64,000 bases of DNA from assembly GCA_007122335.1 (NCBI GenBank), contig SKTZ01000029.1:5593-69592 (forward strand). Reading direction: 5' to 3'. The notes under the pieces are model-generated. The model was not told where the DNA came from. It searched no databases and saw only the letters and a program-made list of their open reading frames with translations. The stretch is from Bacillota bacterium. GTDB lineage: Bacteria; Bacillota; Halanaerobiia; B1SED10-174. The translations under genes and the position numbers were made by a program. Of this stretch, positions 8,917 to 18,397 are shown piece after piece (position 1 is the first letter of the stretch; the number at the start of each line of letters is the position of its first letter).

Positions 8917-9471
8917 ATGGGCAAGATAGATATTGGGGCAAAAATTTTGCAGTACCGCAGGCAAAGGGGCTTTACCATAAAAGAACTGGCTAAAAAAACA
9001 AAACTAACTTCATCAATGTTAAGCCAGATTGAGAGAGGCAATGCCAATCCATCAATTAATTCACTGCGGATTATCGCCAAAGCGCTGGATATTCCCCTAG
9101 TTAATTTTTTTGAGGATGAAGACAATGTTGAAAACCTTGTAGTAAGAGCAAAACAAAGAAAAAAATTAATGATGCCCTGTAATCAGGGATTTGTATATGA
9201 ATCCCTTTCCCCCAATTTAAGCGGAAAAATTCAAATGGTTCTTTTAAGATTAAATCCCGGAGAAGAGACTACAGAAACAATGATGAGTCATGAAGGGGAA
9301 GAAGCCGCGATAGTCCTTGATGGGAAAATTAAAATTTACCTTGAAGACGGTGTTTTTGAACTTGATAGAGGCGATAGCATCAGGATACCTCCCGGAAAAC
9401 CCCATAAATGGGAGAATATTGATACTGCGGTTGTAACAGTAATTTTTGCTATTTCTCCACCGTCATTTTAA
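8917..9471 (+). CDS. XRE-family HTH transcriptional regulator with C-terminal cupin domain
   Basis: N-terminal HTH (ILQYRRQRGFTIKELAKKTKLTSSMLSQIERG) and C-terminal cupin-like beta-barrel region. ATG after GGAGG. Confidence 0.7.
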   Translation: MGKIDIGAKILQYRRQRGFTIKELAKKTKLTSSMLSQIERGNANPSINSLRIIAKALDIPLVNFFEDEDNVENLVVRAKQRKKLMMPCNQGFVYESLSPNLSGKIQMVLLRLNPGEETTETMMSHEGEEAAIVLDGKIKIYLEDGVFELDRGDSIRIPPGKPHKWENIDTAVVTVIFAISPPSF

Positions 9472-9483
9472 TTTTGTCAACGG

Positions 9484-9515
9484 CCCTTGTTCAAGGACAG
9501 GGGCTTTCTTTTTTT
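9484..9515 (+). terminator. rho-independent terminator
   Basis: CCCTTGT-TCAAGG-ACAGGGG hairpin (one G.U pair) followed by CTTTCTTTTTTT. Confidence 0.55.
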
Positions 9516-9621
9516 GCCACAGGAAAAAAAGAGGGGTTTTGGATTAATTGTTTAATAAATTAAATCAAATTAATTATTTTGGACTTAGCGGGAAAATAAA
9601 TTTCTGGCAAGGAGGGTTTAT

Positions 9622-10716
9622 GTGAAAATTAAAGAAGTTCGGGTTGGATACCTTAATTTGGAATTAAAAGAACCCTTTACAATCTCTCTGGGTACTGTAA
9701 CTGAGGCCAAAAATGTGGTGGTTGAAATTGAGACAGATCAAGGGCACCTGGGTTGGGGAGAAGCCGCCCCCATGCCGATTGTAACTGGTGATTTCCAGGA
9801 ATCGGTTGTGCGGGGAATTTTACAATTTCTCCGCCCCCTAATTATAGGGGAGGATCCCAGGGGAATTTCCCGGATTTCGGAGATGCTGGATAAGGTTCTT
9901 TTCGGGAATCCCGGGGCCAAAATTGCTGTTGAGATGGCTCTTTTTGACCTGCTGGGAAAAATTTATGGTCTGCCCCTTTATATCCTCTGGGGTGGCCATG
10001 ACAATTCTTTTGAAAGCGATTATACCATTGGGATTGATGAGCCGGAAGTAATGGCCGCAAAAGTTGACCCTCTTCTGGAGAGAGGATACCGGGCGCTAAA
10101 GGTTAAGGTTGGAAAAAACGGAAAAGAAGATGTGAAAAGGATTGCTGCAGTTGCGGCTGCTGTCGCAGGGAGAGCTTTGATCCGCCTGGATGCCAACCAG
10201 GGTTGGGGAGTTAAGGAAGCTGTGAACACTATCCGGGAGATGGAAAAATTTAATGTTGAACTGGTTGAAGAACCAATTCCCCGGGGCAATATAGAGGGGC
10301 TGGCTTTTATCCGAAACCGGGTAAATGTCCCGATAATGGCAGATGAAACTGTTTTTTCTCCCCAGGATGCTTTAAAGGTTATCAAAGCCGAAGCAGTTGA
10401 TTTAATCAACATCAAGCTGATGAAAGCCGGAGGCTTGATTGCGGCGAGAAAGATTGATGCCCTGGCTTCAACTGCAGGTGTTGAATGTATGGTTGGTTGT
10501 ATGATTGAAAGCAGACTTGCAATGACTGCTGCTGCAAACCTTGTAGCAAGTTCGTCCAATATTACCCGGGCTGATCTTGATGCTCCCGGGTTTTTACGCT
10601 CAGATCCTATCATCGGTGGCGCGGAGGTTAAAGGTGGTTTGTGCACCCTGCCTGATAAGCCTGGCCTGGGTCTGGAACTTAAGAGACAGGAGGTTAAATT
10701 TGTTGATAATGCCTAA
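9622..10716 (+). CDS. mandelate racemase/muconate lactonizing enzyme family protein (dipeptide epimerase-like)
   Basis: Enolase-superfamily pattern (KVKVG...RLDANQGW...VEEP...ADE). GTG start after GGAGGG. Confidence 0.75.
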   Translation: MKIKEVRVGYLNLELKEPFTISLGTVTEAKNVVVEIETDQGHLGWGEAAPMPIVTGDFQESVVRGILQFLRPLIIGEDPRGISRISEMLDKVLFGNPGAKIAVEMALFDLLGKIYGLPLYILWGGHDNSFESDYTIGIDEPEVMAAKVDPLLERGYRALKVKVGKNGKEDVKRIAAVAAAVAGRALIRLDANQGWGVKEAVNTIREMEKFNVELVEEPIPRGNIEGLAFIRNRVNVPIMADETVFSPQDALKVIKAEAVDLINIKLMKAGGLIAARKIDALASTAGVECMVGCMIESRLAMTAAANLVASSSNITRADLDAPGFLRSDPIIGGAEVKGGLCTLPDKPGLGLELKRQEVKFVDNA

Positions 10717-12085
10717 AAATAACTGGAAAAATGAATTTGCAGAATTTGTCCATGAAATAATGGAGGAATTTGAAATTCCGGGTATGTCAGTTGGCCTGTC
10801 CCAGAACGGAGAAGTTATTTATTCAGAGGGTTTTGGTTATGCTGACCTGGAGAACGAAAAGAAAGTCAATCCCGAAACGGTTTTTGGGATTGCTTCAATT
10901 ACCAAGTCTTTTACTGCTCTCGCAATAATGATCCTGGAGAGGGAGGGTAAATTAACAACCGGGGATCCTGTGCTAAAATACTTACCAGATTTTGATGCTG
11001 GAGAGAAAATTACTCCAGCAATCAATATTCACCATTTCCTGACCCATACGGCTGGTTTACCGCCAACTCCTGCTTTAATGTATGCAATGGTTAGGAGTAT
11101 TGAGGGAGATCCAACAGCTGAAAAGCTGAAAGAAGACGGAAAGTGGGAAAAGTGGACGGAAGAACCTCCGATTGAAAGTTATAAAGATCTGCTTGATTTT
11201 TGGGCCCGCAACAAACCTGAGCCCTTGGGTTATCCCGGTGGGCAATTCAGTTACTCCAATGACGCTTATTCCCTTTTGGGGACCATAGTGGAGAGAATAA
11301 GCGGAATAAGTCTTGGCGAATTCATGGAGGAAAAGATATTCAAACCCTGCAACCTGGAAAAAATTACTTTTTCACCGGATGAGCTCAAGAAGTGGCCAAA
11401 TGTGACCCAACTTTATGCGAAAATTGATGAAGAGATTGTTCCTGCCCCCAAGTGGAATCATTCAGAAGCAATGCTTGGAGCGGGGTTTTTAAAAACCCAC
11501 GCCCTTGATCTTTTAAGGTATGGCCAATCATTTCTGGGTTCTGCATATTTGAAAAGAATGGGTTCCCCCTATTTTCCTCTTCCAGATGGCAAGTTTTATG
11601 GATACGGGTTTATGGTGCAACCAGATTACCATGGAAATACTATTATTGAACATGGAGGCAGTCTAAAGGGGATTTCGAGTCATCTGGGAATGGTGCCCGA
11701 GGAAAACCTTGTAGCAACAGTTTTGATTAACCTCGTGGAAATGCCTGTTACCCGGGTTTGGGATGCTCTTGTAAACCTGGCACTGGGTTATTCGATTGAG
11801 GAGGAAAGGTTTTCTTTTTCGGCTCTTGCTTCGTTGCCTGAGAGTTCCAGGGATTGGCCGGGTAAATATGTATCTCCTGAAGGTGCCGAAATTGAAGTAA
11901 CCTCGGAAGAAGAGAAGCTATTTGTGGAATTTAATAATAAAAAGCAGGAACTAACACCGGTGGCCGTGGATAGGGCCAGTTTAATTCGCAGAGGAGAGAA
12001 AAGCATAATCCAATTTTTGCGAGATGGAGAGGGCAAGGTTTCCGGGATACACATGGGCTTGCGAATTATTAAAAAAGTGAATTAG
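10709..12085 (+). CDS. serine hydrolase of the beta-lactamase / penicillin-binding-protein family
   Basis: S-x-x-K motif (ASITKSF) and YSN-like motif (FSYSNDAY). ATG 10709 overlaps the upstream stop. Confidence 0.7.
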   Translation: MPKNNWKNEFAEFVHEIMEEFEIPGMSVGLSQNGEVIYSEGFGYADLENEKKVNPETVFGIASITKSFTALAIMILEREGKLTTGDPVLKYLPDFDAGEKITPAINIHHFLTHTAGLPPTPALMYAMVRSIEGDPTAEKLKEDGKWEKWTEEPPIESYKDLLDFWARNKPEPLGYPGGQFSYSNDAYSLLGTIVERISGISLGEFMEEKIFKPCNLEKITFSPDELKKWPNVTQLYAKIDEEIVPAPKWNHSEAMLGAGFLKTHALDLLRYGQSFLGSAYLKRMGSPYFPLPDGKFYGYGFMVQPDYHGNTIIEHGGSLKGISSHLGMVPEENLVATVLINLVEMPVTRVWDALVNLALGYSIEEERFSFSALASLPESSRDWPGKYVSPEGAEIEVTSEEEKLFVEFNNKKQELTPVAVDRASLIRRGEKSIIQFLRDGEGKVSGIHMGLRIIKKVN

Positions 12086-12091
12086 ATTAAA

Positions 12092-12117
12092 GCCCCGCTG
12101 ATCGCGGGGCTTTTTTT
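12092..12117 (+). terminator. rho-independent terminator
   Basis: GCCCCGC-TGATC-GCGGGGC hairpin followed by TTTTTTT. Confidence 0.8.
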
Positions 12118-12149
12118 GTGAGAAAAAATTTTCGGGAAAATCTTTTTAG

Positions 12150-12178
12150 TTGCAGGAAATTAAAATATGAAGTAGAAT
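12150..12178 (+). promoter_or_regulatory. putative sigma-A promoter of the NAS-like/feoB operon
   Basis: TTGCAG - 17 nt - TAGAAT. Confidence 0.4.
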
Positions 12179-12186
12179 AACTTAAA

Positions 12187-12201
12187 TGAGGATGATTTTC
12201 A
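12187..12201 (+). promoter_or_regulatory. putative Fur-box-like 7-1-7 inverted repeat
   Basis: TGAGGAT-G-ATTTTCA matches TGATAAT-N-ATTATCA at 11 of 14 positions. Sits between the -10 element and the RBS of the first NAS-like gene. Confidence 0.3.
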
Positions 12202-12221
12202 TTTTCAAAGGAGGAAAACCT

Positions 12222-12773
12222 ATGGGTTCACTTCCCAGAGCTGTTCAGTTACTGGAAAAAACCTGGACAAGCAGTCCATTAATGCAAAAAATATATTCGT
12301 CACCCTACCACGTTATTGTCAAAAGAGAGACAGGCCTGGCAGGGATAAGGGCAGGAGATCGGATTTTAAGTCTTGGCTGTGGAGCAATTCCTTTTACAGC
12401 AATTATCCTTAATCAGATTACCGGATGCCCTGTTTCAGCCCTGGATATTGATTTCGCGGCTTTAAATAAAGCCAGGGAGCTCCTGGAGAAAGCTGGTCTT
12501 AAGCAGATCAGGTTAATTGCCGGGAATGGTTGTTCTATTGACCTTTCTGGTTATTCAGTAATAATTACTGCACTTCAGGTTGAACCAAAAGGGGACATAA
12601 TTGACAACTTTCTGAGTAGTGCCAAACCAGGAGCCCGGCTGGTGATGAGGGTGCCCAGGAAAACTTTTGCAAACAGTTATGATCCGATTCCCTCCCAGTA
12701 CAAACCCGAAAAAGAAGTCAGCCAACCAATGATTACTTTTGGCAAATCGGTTTTATTCAGGAAAGCAGGTTAA
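12222..12773 (+). CDS. nicotianamine-synthase-like (NAS-like) SAM-dependent enzyme, short form
   Basis: RILSLGCGAIPFTAIIL...SALDIDFAALNKARELLEKAGL...ITALQVEPK matches the NAS-family pattern (G-x-G-P-x-P-x-T/S..I.L; D-I-D; EPK). Paralogous to 13742..14545. ATG 12222 after AAGGAGG. Confidence 0.5.
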   Translation: MGSLPRAVQLLEKTWTSSPLMQKIYSSPYHVIVKRETGLAGIRAGDRILSLGCGAIPFTAIILNQITGCPVSALDIDFAALNKARELLEKAGLKQIRLIAGNGCSIDLSGYSVIITALQVEPKGDIIDNFLSSAKPGARLVMRVPRKTFANSYDPIPSQYKPEKEVSQPMITFGKSVLFRKAG

Positions 12774-12774
12774 T

Positions 12775-13806
12775 ATGGCTAAAAAAACTGCTCTCGGTAC
12801 TGCAGGGATAATTCTTCTCCTGATTTTTATCTTCAGGGGGGGCTGGACTGATATCGTATCTGCCTGGGGCCAGGTCCCTTACTTCTGGCTTATAATTATG
12901 CTGGGACTCCAGGTTTTCACCCTTCTCTTGGGAGCTTACCAGTGGTACCACCTTTTAAAAAATAGAGAAAAAAGCCTCAGCCTGTTGGAAGTTTTTTCAA
13001 TAAATCTTGTGGGAAGTTTTGTTGAAAGTGTAACACCTTCGGTAAAATTGGGGGGAGAAGGGGCAAAAATATTCCTTCTAAAACAAAAAACCGGGCGACC
13101 TTATGCAGATCTCACAGGAGTTTTACTGGTTCACAAGTTTATTTCCCTGGTTCCTTTTCTGTTAATTCTCGGCCTGGTGTTATTCGCAGGATTATTAAAT
13201 TATTCAATTCCCGGCTTTATATACTGGAGTTTTGGGTCCTTGGTTGTTTTGCTTTTGGTTTTCTCCTGGGTAATTTTCCCGAAATGGGACCAGGAGGTTT
13301 CAGAGATGAGTTTGGGGTTTTTGCGAAAAATCAGAGGTTTCATTTTGCGAATGCTTGGGTCTGTCCGGGAAAGGAGAGAAAAGATATCATTTCTGCAAAT
13401 GTTTGCGATATCTATTTTGATCTGGTCTCTTTACCCGGTTAAGGTATTTATTTTAAGCCGACTTATTGGTATGGAAATTGATTTTCTCCTGGTCAGTGTA
13501 GCTACTTTTATAGCTTATTTGATCAGCATGCTTCCACTTTCCCCTGGAGGAATTGGCACTTATGAAGGAACACTTGCTGTAATTTTAAATTTGAATGGTA
13601 TTCCTTTAGCTGAAGGTCTGGGATTGGTTCTGCTTTCAAGAATAATTACTTTCTGGATCCCGCTTGTCTGGGCTGGTTTAGCAACAGTTATAACTATGAA
13701 GAATTACGAAGAAAAAGGTTTTTTAAAGGGAGGTAAGCAAAATGGCAGAAAAAAATCAGAGCAAATTACTGTATTACAAACTGCTGATAACCATCCAGGG
13801 ATTTGA
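12775..13806 (+). CDS. flippase-like integral membrane protein (UPF0104 / lysyl-PG-synthase TM-domain family)
   Basis: Polytopic membrane protein. The N-terminal region MAKKTALGTAGIILLLIFIFRGGW...YQWYHLLK is typical of this family. Start set at ATG 12775. Confidence 0.5.
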   Translation: MAKKTALGTAGIILLLIFIFRGGWTDIVSAWGQVPYFWLIIMLGLQVFTLLLGAYQWYHLLKNREKSLSLLEVFSINLVGSFVESVTPSVKLGGEGAKIFLLKQKTGRPYADLTGVLLVHKFISLVPFLLILGLVLFAGLLNYSIPGFIYWSFGSLVVLLLVFSWVIFPKWDQEVSEMSLGFLRKIRGFILRMLGSVRERREKISFLQMFAISILIWSLYPVKVFILSRLIGMEIDFLLVSVATFIAYLISMLPLSPGGIGTYEGTLAVILNLNGIPLAEGLGLVLLSRIITFWIPLVWAGLATVITMKNYEEKGFLKGGKQNGRKKSEQITVLQTADNHPGI

Positions 13807-14545
13807 ATTTTTGGGAGCAAGTTTTCCAGCATTCGGAAAAGTGTATCATCGGATTTTTTATCAAAAACTGGTGGAAAAAGAGATGAAAATAGCGGGTATT
13901 GAACCCGGAATGCGGGTGATGCAGGTAGGGTGTGGGCCTTACCCTTTTTCTGCAATTATGCTTGCTGAAAAGGGCTGCAGGGTGGAAGCCATTGATAATG
14001 ATCCGATTGCCATTGAAAAGGCCGGGGAGGTCCTTGAGAAATTAGGCTTAAAAGAGAAGATTGATCTGAAGTTAATTGATGGTTATGAAGTAGAATACGG
14101 TGAATTCGACCGGGTTTTTGTCGCCATGCATGTTGAACCAAAAGACAGGGTGCTGCAAAAGGCAATCAGTGAGATGGGGGGAAAAGGGAAGGTTGTTTTC
14201 CGGAACCCCAGAGGTCTACTCAAGTTATTTTATAGTGGTGTGCAACTCAAGAAACTACCTTCGCCCATTTTTTCCCGGATAAAAGAAAAACTGGGGAAAG
14301 AATCTCTTTGTATTTCAAGTTGTAGGGTTAAAAACCTGACTGAAGCCGGATTTGGCGAAGAGTTGATTATAAAAAACGTTCCTGCCCACCCTTTATTGCC
14401 CGCCCTGGGAATTCGGCCGGGGAAGAAAGTATGCCTGAAAGGTCGACAGTATTTTAATGGCCCCTTTCTGGCTTTAGTAGATGGTCGGAAAGTAGCCCTG
14501 GGTTTTGATCTTGCACAATTGATTGAGGTTCAGGGCGGTGAGTAA
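13742..14545 (+). CDS. NAS-like enzyme fused to a C-terminal FeoA domain
   Basis: The N-terminal 190 aa are paralogous to 12222..12773 (RVMQVGCGPYPFSAIML...EAIDNDPIAIEKAGEVLEKLGL...AMHVEPK). The C-terminal ~70 aa (LTEAGFGEELIIK...LLPALGIRPGKKVCLKGRQYFNGPFLALVDGRKVALGFDLAQLIEV) match the FeoA SH3-like domain. RBS AAGGGAGG. Confidence 0.55.
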   Translation: MAEKNQSKLLYYKLLITIQGFEFLGASFPAFGKVYHRIFYQKLVEKEMKIAGIEPGMRVMQVGCGPYPFSAIMLAEKGCRVEAIDNDPIAIEKAGEVLEKLGLKEKIDLKLIDGYEVEYGEFDRVFVAMHVEPKDRVLQKAISEMGGKGKVVFRNPRGLLKLFYSGVQLKKLPSPIFSRIKEKLGKESLCISSCRVKNLTEAGFGEELIIKNVPAHPLLPALGIRPGKKVCLKGRQYFNGPFLALVDGRKVALGFDLAQLIEVQGGE

Positions 14546-14547
14546 AT

Positions 14548-16320
14548 TTGAGTGGCAATAAGAACCGCAATAGAAAACGACACCACTGTGGTCAAAAACC
14601 GGAAAAGTTCAAACCAGGTGAAAAATCAATTCTTTTAATCGGTCCGCCAAACGTGGGTAAAAGCGTTTTCTTCAATTATTTTACGGGTCTTGAAGCCAGT
14701 GTGGGAAATTATGCGGGGACAACCGTTGAATTTTCCCGGGGCCGGATGGCCATCAGAGGGTTTCAATATGACCTGATTGATGTGCCTGGGACCTACACCC
14801 TTGATGCCACCAATCCTGCAGAAAAAGTAGCCGTGGATATGTTAAAGCAGCGGCCTGCAGGAATTGTCTGTGTCCTGGATGCCAATAGCCTTGAAAGCGG
14901 TCTGTACCTGTTGTATCAGGTTCTGGAATTTAAACTCCCTACAGTGGTTGCTATCAACCGGTCTGACCTGGCCCGCGAAAGGGGATATTTAACAGATTTT
15001 AATACCCTGGAAAGCGAACTGGGAATACCCGTAATCGAAACGGTTGCTTTAACCAGTCAGGGGCTGGAAGCTGTCCGAGAAAAAATTTTTTCGGCCCCGG
15101 TTTCAAGCGAGCCTCTGCCGGAAGTTAGTTCTCAACGCTGGGAACGGGCAGAAAAGATAGCGGGAAAAGCCCAAAAAATTAAAACTAGCAGGTCCGGGGA
15201 AACCAAAAGGCAAAAACTGGACCCCTGGTTAACAAATCCCTGGCCGGGTTTACCCCTTGCAGTTTTAATTTTATCCTTTATTTTTGCCATTATTATTGGT
15301 CTGGGAATGGGTCTCCGGCAATATATTCTCTTGCCTTTTTTCCGGGGGCTGGTTTTTCCTCCCCTTATTCAAGGGGTGGAGGGGATAATTCCTCCCGGAA
15401 TTATTCGGGATATTTTAATTGGAGAGTATGGATTCTTGATTAAAGGGCTGGAATGGCCTCTGGCTCTCGTTTTTCCCTATGTTCTCTCTTTTTATTTTGC
15501 CTTAAGTGTTTTGGAGGATAGTGGATATCTTCCTCGGTTTGGAATTTTGTTGGATGGAATAATGGCAAAAATTGGTCTACGTGGTTCAAACATTATCCCG
15601 CTTCTCCTTGGTTATGGTTGTGCAATACCGGGAATACTGGGAACAAGGGCCCTGGAATCAAAAAAGGAACGGATCATGATTTCCACAATGATTTCTCTCG
15701 CCGTTCCCTGTATTTCTCAATCCGGGGCATTTTTTGCCCTTTTAGCCGAAGTTTCTATCCTTGTTGTGCTGGCTCTTTTTGCTTTCTCCATTCTGGCAAT
15801 GTTTGTTGCTGGCCTGGTCATGGACCGCCTGCTCCCGGGGAAAAGAATGGATACAGTCCTGGAAATTCCAGAATTATTATTTCCCCGGCCCCGCTTCCTC
15901 GGGAGAAAAGTTTTGATGAGGATCAAGGGTTACATTTTTAATGGGGCTGTTCCAATGGTAATGGCGGTGGGAATTGCTTCCCTCTTTTATGAAACTGGAA
16001 TCCTTGTTTTCGTTGGGAGAATTCTCAGTCCCCTGATCGAACAATGGCTACGCCTGCCTCAGGAGGCCGCAGTTCCCCTGGTTTTAGGGATTGTTCGCAG
16101 GGAACTTGCCGTTTTGCCCCTGGTTGAAATGGGTTTATCGCAGACCCAGTTGTTGGTTGGGGCAATTGTAGCCCTGTTTTATGTGCCCTGTATTGCAGTC
16201 CTTGCAACCCTTGCCCGGGAATTCAACCTTAAAATAGCTGCCCTGATCCTACTCGTAACAGTAGCAACTGCTTTTTTAACCGGAGGCCTTTTGGCCAGAA
16301 TTTTGGAATTGATATTTTAA
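14548..16320 (+). CDS. feoB: ferrous iron transport protein B
   Basis: G-domain G1 (GPPNVGKS), G3 (DVPG) and NxxD motifs, followed by the polytopic FeoB membrane domain. TTG start. Confidence 0.85.
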   Translation: MSGNKNRNRKRHHCGQKPEKFKPGEKSILLIGPPNVGKSVFFNYFTGLEASVGNYAGTTVEFSRGRMAIRGFQYDLIDVPGTYTLDATNPAEKVAVDMLKQRPAGIVCVLDANSLESGLYLLYQVLEFKLPTVVAINRSDLARERGYLTDFNTLESELGIPVIETVALTSQGLEAVREKIFSAPVSSEPLPEVSSQRWERAEKIAGKAQKIKTSRSGETKRQKLDPWLTNPWPGLPLAVLILSFIFAIIIGLGMGLRQYILLPFFRGLVFPPLIQGVEGIIPPGIIRDILIGEYGFLIKGLEWPLALVFPYVLSFYFALSVLEDSGYLPRFGILLDGIMAKIGLRGSNIIPLLLGYGCAIPGILGTRALESKKERIMISTMISLAVPCISQSGAFFALLAEVSILVVLALFAFSILAMFVAGLVMDRLLPGKRMDTVLEIPELLFPRPRFLGRKVLMRIKGYIFNGAVPMVMAVGIASLFYETGILVFVGRILSPLIEQWLRLPQEAAVPLVLGIVRRELAVLPLVEMGLSQTQLLVGAIVALFYVPCIAVLATLAREFNLKIAALILLVTVATAFLTGGLLARILELIF

Positions 16321-16345
16321 AAAGCCCCTCGGGGGCTTTTTTTTA
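16315..16345. terminator. bidirectional rho-independent terminator
   Basis: GCCCC-TCG-GGGGC hairpin flanked by A-run and T-run. Serves feoB (+) and the convergent activase operon (-). Confidence 0.75.
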
Positions 16346-17416
16346 TGCAGAATTACATTTTCTCTGCTGGTTCATCAGATCAACGAAGGCTTCCAAACGC
16401 GTTTCAACCCCTGCCTGGCCAGTTTGTTCGTCAATAAAAAAGGTCAGGACAGGGATCCCATTCACCTTGCTCAAATGGGGCATTATGCTTTTGGCGACAA
16501 TTTCAGGAATGCAGGTAAAGGGGGCCAGCTGGACTACACCGTTAAAACCTTTTTCGGCGAAATGGACAACATCACCAACACTGTTCTGCCCGTGTCCGCC
16601 AATGACTAAAGGAAGGTAGGGCTGGGCTCTTTCCTTGGCTTCCCTTTCCCCGTGGGCCACAACATCGTGCCGGGTAAAACTGGTTAGAAAAATGGTCCGC
16701 CGGGGAATTACCCCCATGTGGCCCAGGGTTTCTTCAAGGAAAAAATTCGCTGCTGGTTCAAGCTGGACATATATTTCCCCGATAATTCCTACTTTTAAAG
16801 GCTCAAAATCCAGGTTCTGGGGAACTTTCTCCAGTTCTTTTAATCCTTCCCGGTGGGCTTCTTCAATCTCTTTGGTACTTCGAGCTGCTTCGAGGTAGCC
16901 AATACCTTTTCGAAAAGCCCTGCTGGTATCCCCCCGTTTTAATTCTCTTGCCCTGATTTCGTGGCTTTTTATTTCAATATCGTCCACCGATTTTAATTTG
17001 GCAAAGCCCCTACGAATTGAACGGTAAAAACCTCCCCAGGAACCCCCTTTTTTTAATTTAACTATCTTTTTGAAAAAATCAACAGGTTTTTTTAAAGGGG
17101 GAAAAAAGAAAATGAACTGGGGGTTGTAACCCATTTCCCTCAGGATGCGCCGGTGTAATTCACCGTAAAAGCCAGCCCTGCAGGGTCCATAACCCCCGGC
17201 GCTAACAATTATTTCTACCCCTTTGGGCAGGGTTTCCAGGTAAGTTCCCAAAACCAGCTTGAAAGGAATACAGGCAAATTCAGGAGCATACTGAACTCCC
17301 AGGGAAAGAGTTTTAGGTGTTGGCCGGGGAGGAGCAATAACTTCATGGCCAATTTCCTCCAGCATTGATTGAAATACAATTGTAGATGTTCCCATGTGGG
17401 CGTATGTTACGCGCAT
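16343..17416 (-). CDS. 2-hydroxyacyl-CoA dehydratase-like protein (activase-associated DUF2229/HgdB-like)
   Basis: Family-level resemblance to the non-ATPase part of CoA-substrate-specific enzyme activase proteins. Last gene of the minus-strand three-gene cluster. Confidence 0.5.
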   Translation of the reverse strand: MRVTYAHMGTSTIVFQSMLEEIGHEVIAPPRPTPKTLSLGVQYAPEFACIPFKLVLGTYLETLPKGVEIIVSAGGYGPCRAGFYGELHRRILREMGYNPQFIFFFPPLKKPVDFFKKIVKLKKGGSWGGFYRSIRRGFAKLKSVDDIEIKSHEIRARELKRGDTSRAFRKGIGYLEAARSTKEIEEAHREGLKELEKVPQNLDFEPLKVGIIGEIYVQLEPAANFFLEETLGHMGVIPRRTIFLTSFTRHDVVAHGEREAKERAQPYLPLVIGGHGQNSVGDVVHFAEKGFNGVVQLAPFTCIPEIVAKSIMPHLSKVNGIPVLTFFIDEQTGQAGVETRLEAFVDLMNQQRKCNSA

Positions 17417-17422
17417 TTTTTC

Positions 17423-18397
17423 TCACCCCGTTCTTTTTTCTTCCAGTTGATCCCACTTGCTGCAGCGACTACCCCAGCGGGCTAACAGTTCTCCTTCGGC
17501 CATTATATTAACAATTTCGCAGTTGTTAGGACAATCTTTACACTCAAAACTACTTGCTTCATACTGAAATTCGCTTAATTCAAAACCCAAAAACCTGGTT
17601 GGTTTGTCATTTTGAGCCGTGAGGCGTTTGGCGATTAAAGCGGCTCCAATTGCTCCCATCACATTGAAGTGCTGGGGGATTGTTATTTCTTCCCCCAGTG
17701 CTTTTTCAAAAGAAGCCTTAATTCCGGGGTTGGCTGCAACTCCTCCCTGGAAAACTATCGGGGCTAGGATATCCTTTCCCTTAGCTACATTATTCAGGTA
17801 GTTCCGAACAAGGGCTTCGCTTAGCCCGGCAATAATATCAGGAAAGCTGTGTCCGGTTTGTTGTTTGTGGATCATGTCGGATTCAGCAAAAACAGAGCAG
17901 CGTCCGGCTATGCGGACTGGATGGTTGCTTTTTAAGGCGAGTTCCCCAAATTCCTCTATTGGTATATTCAAACGGGCGGCTTGATGCTCAAGGAAGGAAC
18001 CTGTTCCAGCAGCACAGACTGTATTCATGGCAAAATCAACAACAACACCATTGCGGATAATTATGATCTTGGAGTCCTGCCCCCCAATTTCTAAAACGGT
18101 TTGCACATCGGGAACAACGTGGGTTGCTGCAACAGCGTGGGCCGTAATTTCGTTTTTTACTGTATCTGCACCAGCAATTACTCCCGCCAGGCGCCGGGCA
18201 CTTCCTGTGGTGGCAACCCCTGCAATTTCAACATTTTCCGGGATATCTTTGCCTGTTTTCTGAATACCCTGCTGGACAGCAGTGATAGGTTGCCCTCGTG
18301 TCCTGAGGTAATGAGAAGTCAGGAGATTATCATTTTCATCAATTATTACCAGGTTGGTACTTACAGAACCAACGTCAATTCCCAGGTATCCCTTCAC
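17423..18397 (-). CDS. CoA-substrate-specific enzyme activase, BadF/BadG/BcrA/BcrD-type ATPase (HgdC-like)
   Basis: N-terminus MKGYLGIDVGSVSTNLVII (ASKHA/acetate-kinase-like ATPase), second phosphate motif LEIGGQDSKIIII, and C-terminal cysteines (CKDCPNNCEIV). Confidence 0.75.
   Translation of the reverse strand: MKGYLGIDVGSVSTNLVIIDENDNLLTSHYLRTRGQPITAVQQGIQKTGKDIPENVEIAGVATTGSARRLAGVIAGADTVKNEITAHAVAATHVVPDVQTVLEIGGQDSKIIIIRNGVVVDFAMNTVCAAGTGSFLEHQAARLNIPIEEFGELALKSNHPVRIAGRCSVFAESDMIHKQQTGHSFPDIIAGLSEALVRNYLNNVAKGKDILAPIVFQGGVAANPGIKASFEKALGEEITIPQHFNVMGAIGAALIAKRLTAQNDKPTRFLGFELSEFQYEASSFECKDCPNNCEIVNIMAEGELLARWGSRCSKWDQLEEKRTG

Noticed and set aside
10020-10646. 208-aa minus-strand ORF
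   Set aside because: Antisense to the enolase-superfamily gene. Ala/Ser-rich translation typical of a reverse-frame artefact.
15618-15941. 107-aa alternative-frame ORF inside feoB
   Set aside because: Internal to feoB in another frame. Cys/Pro-rich artefact.
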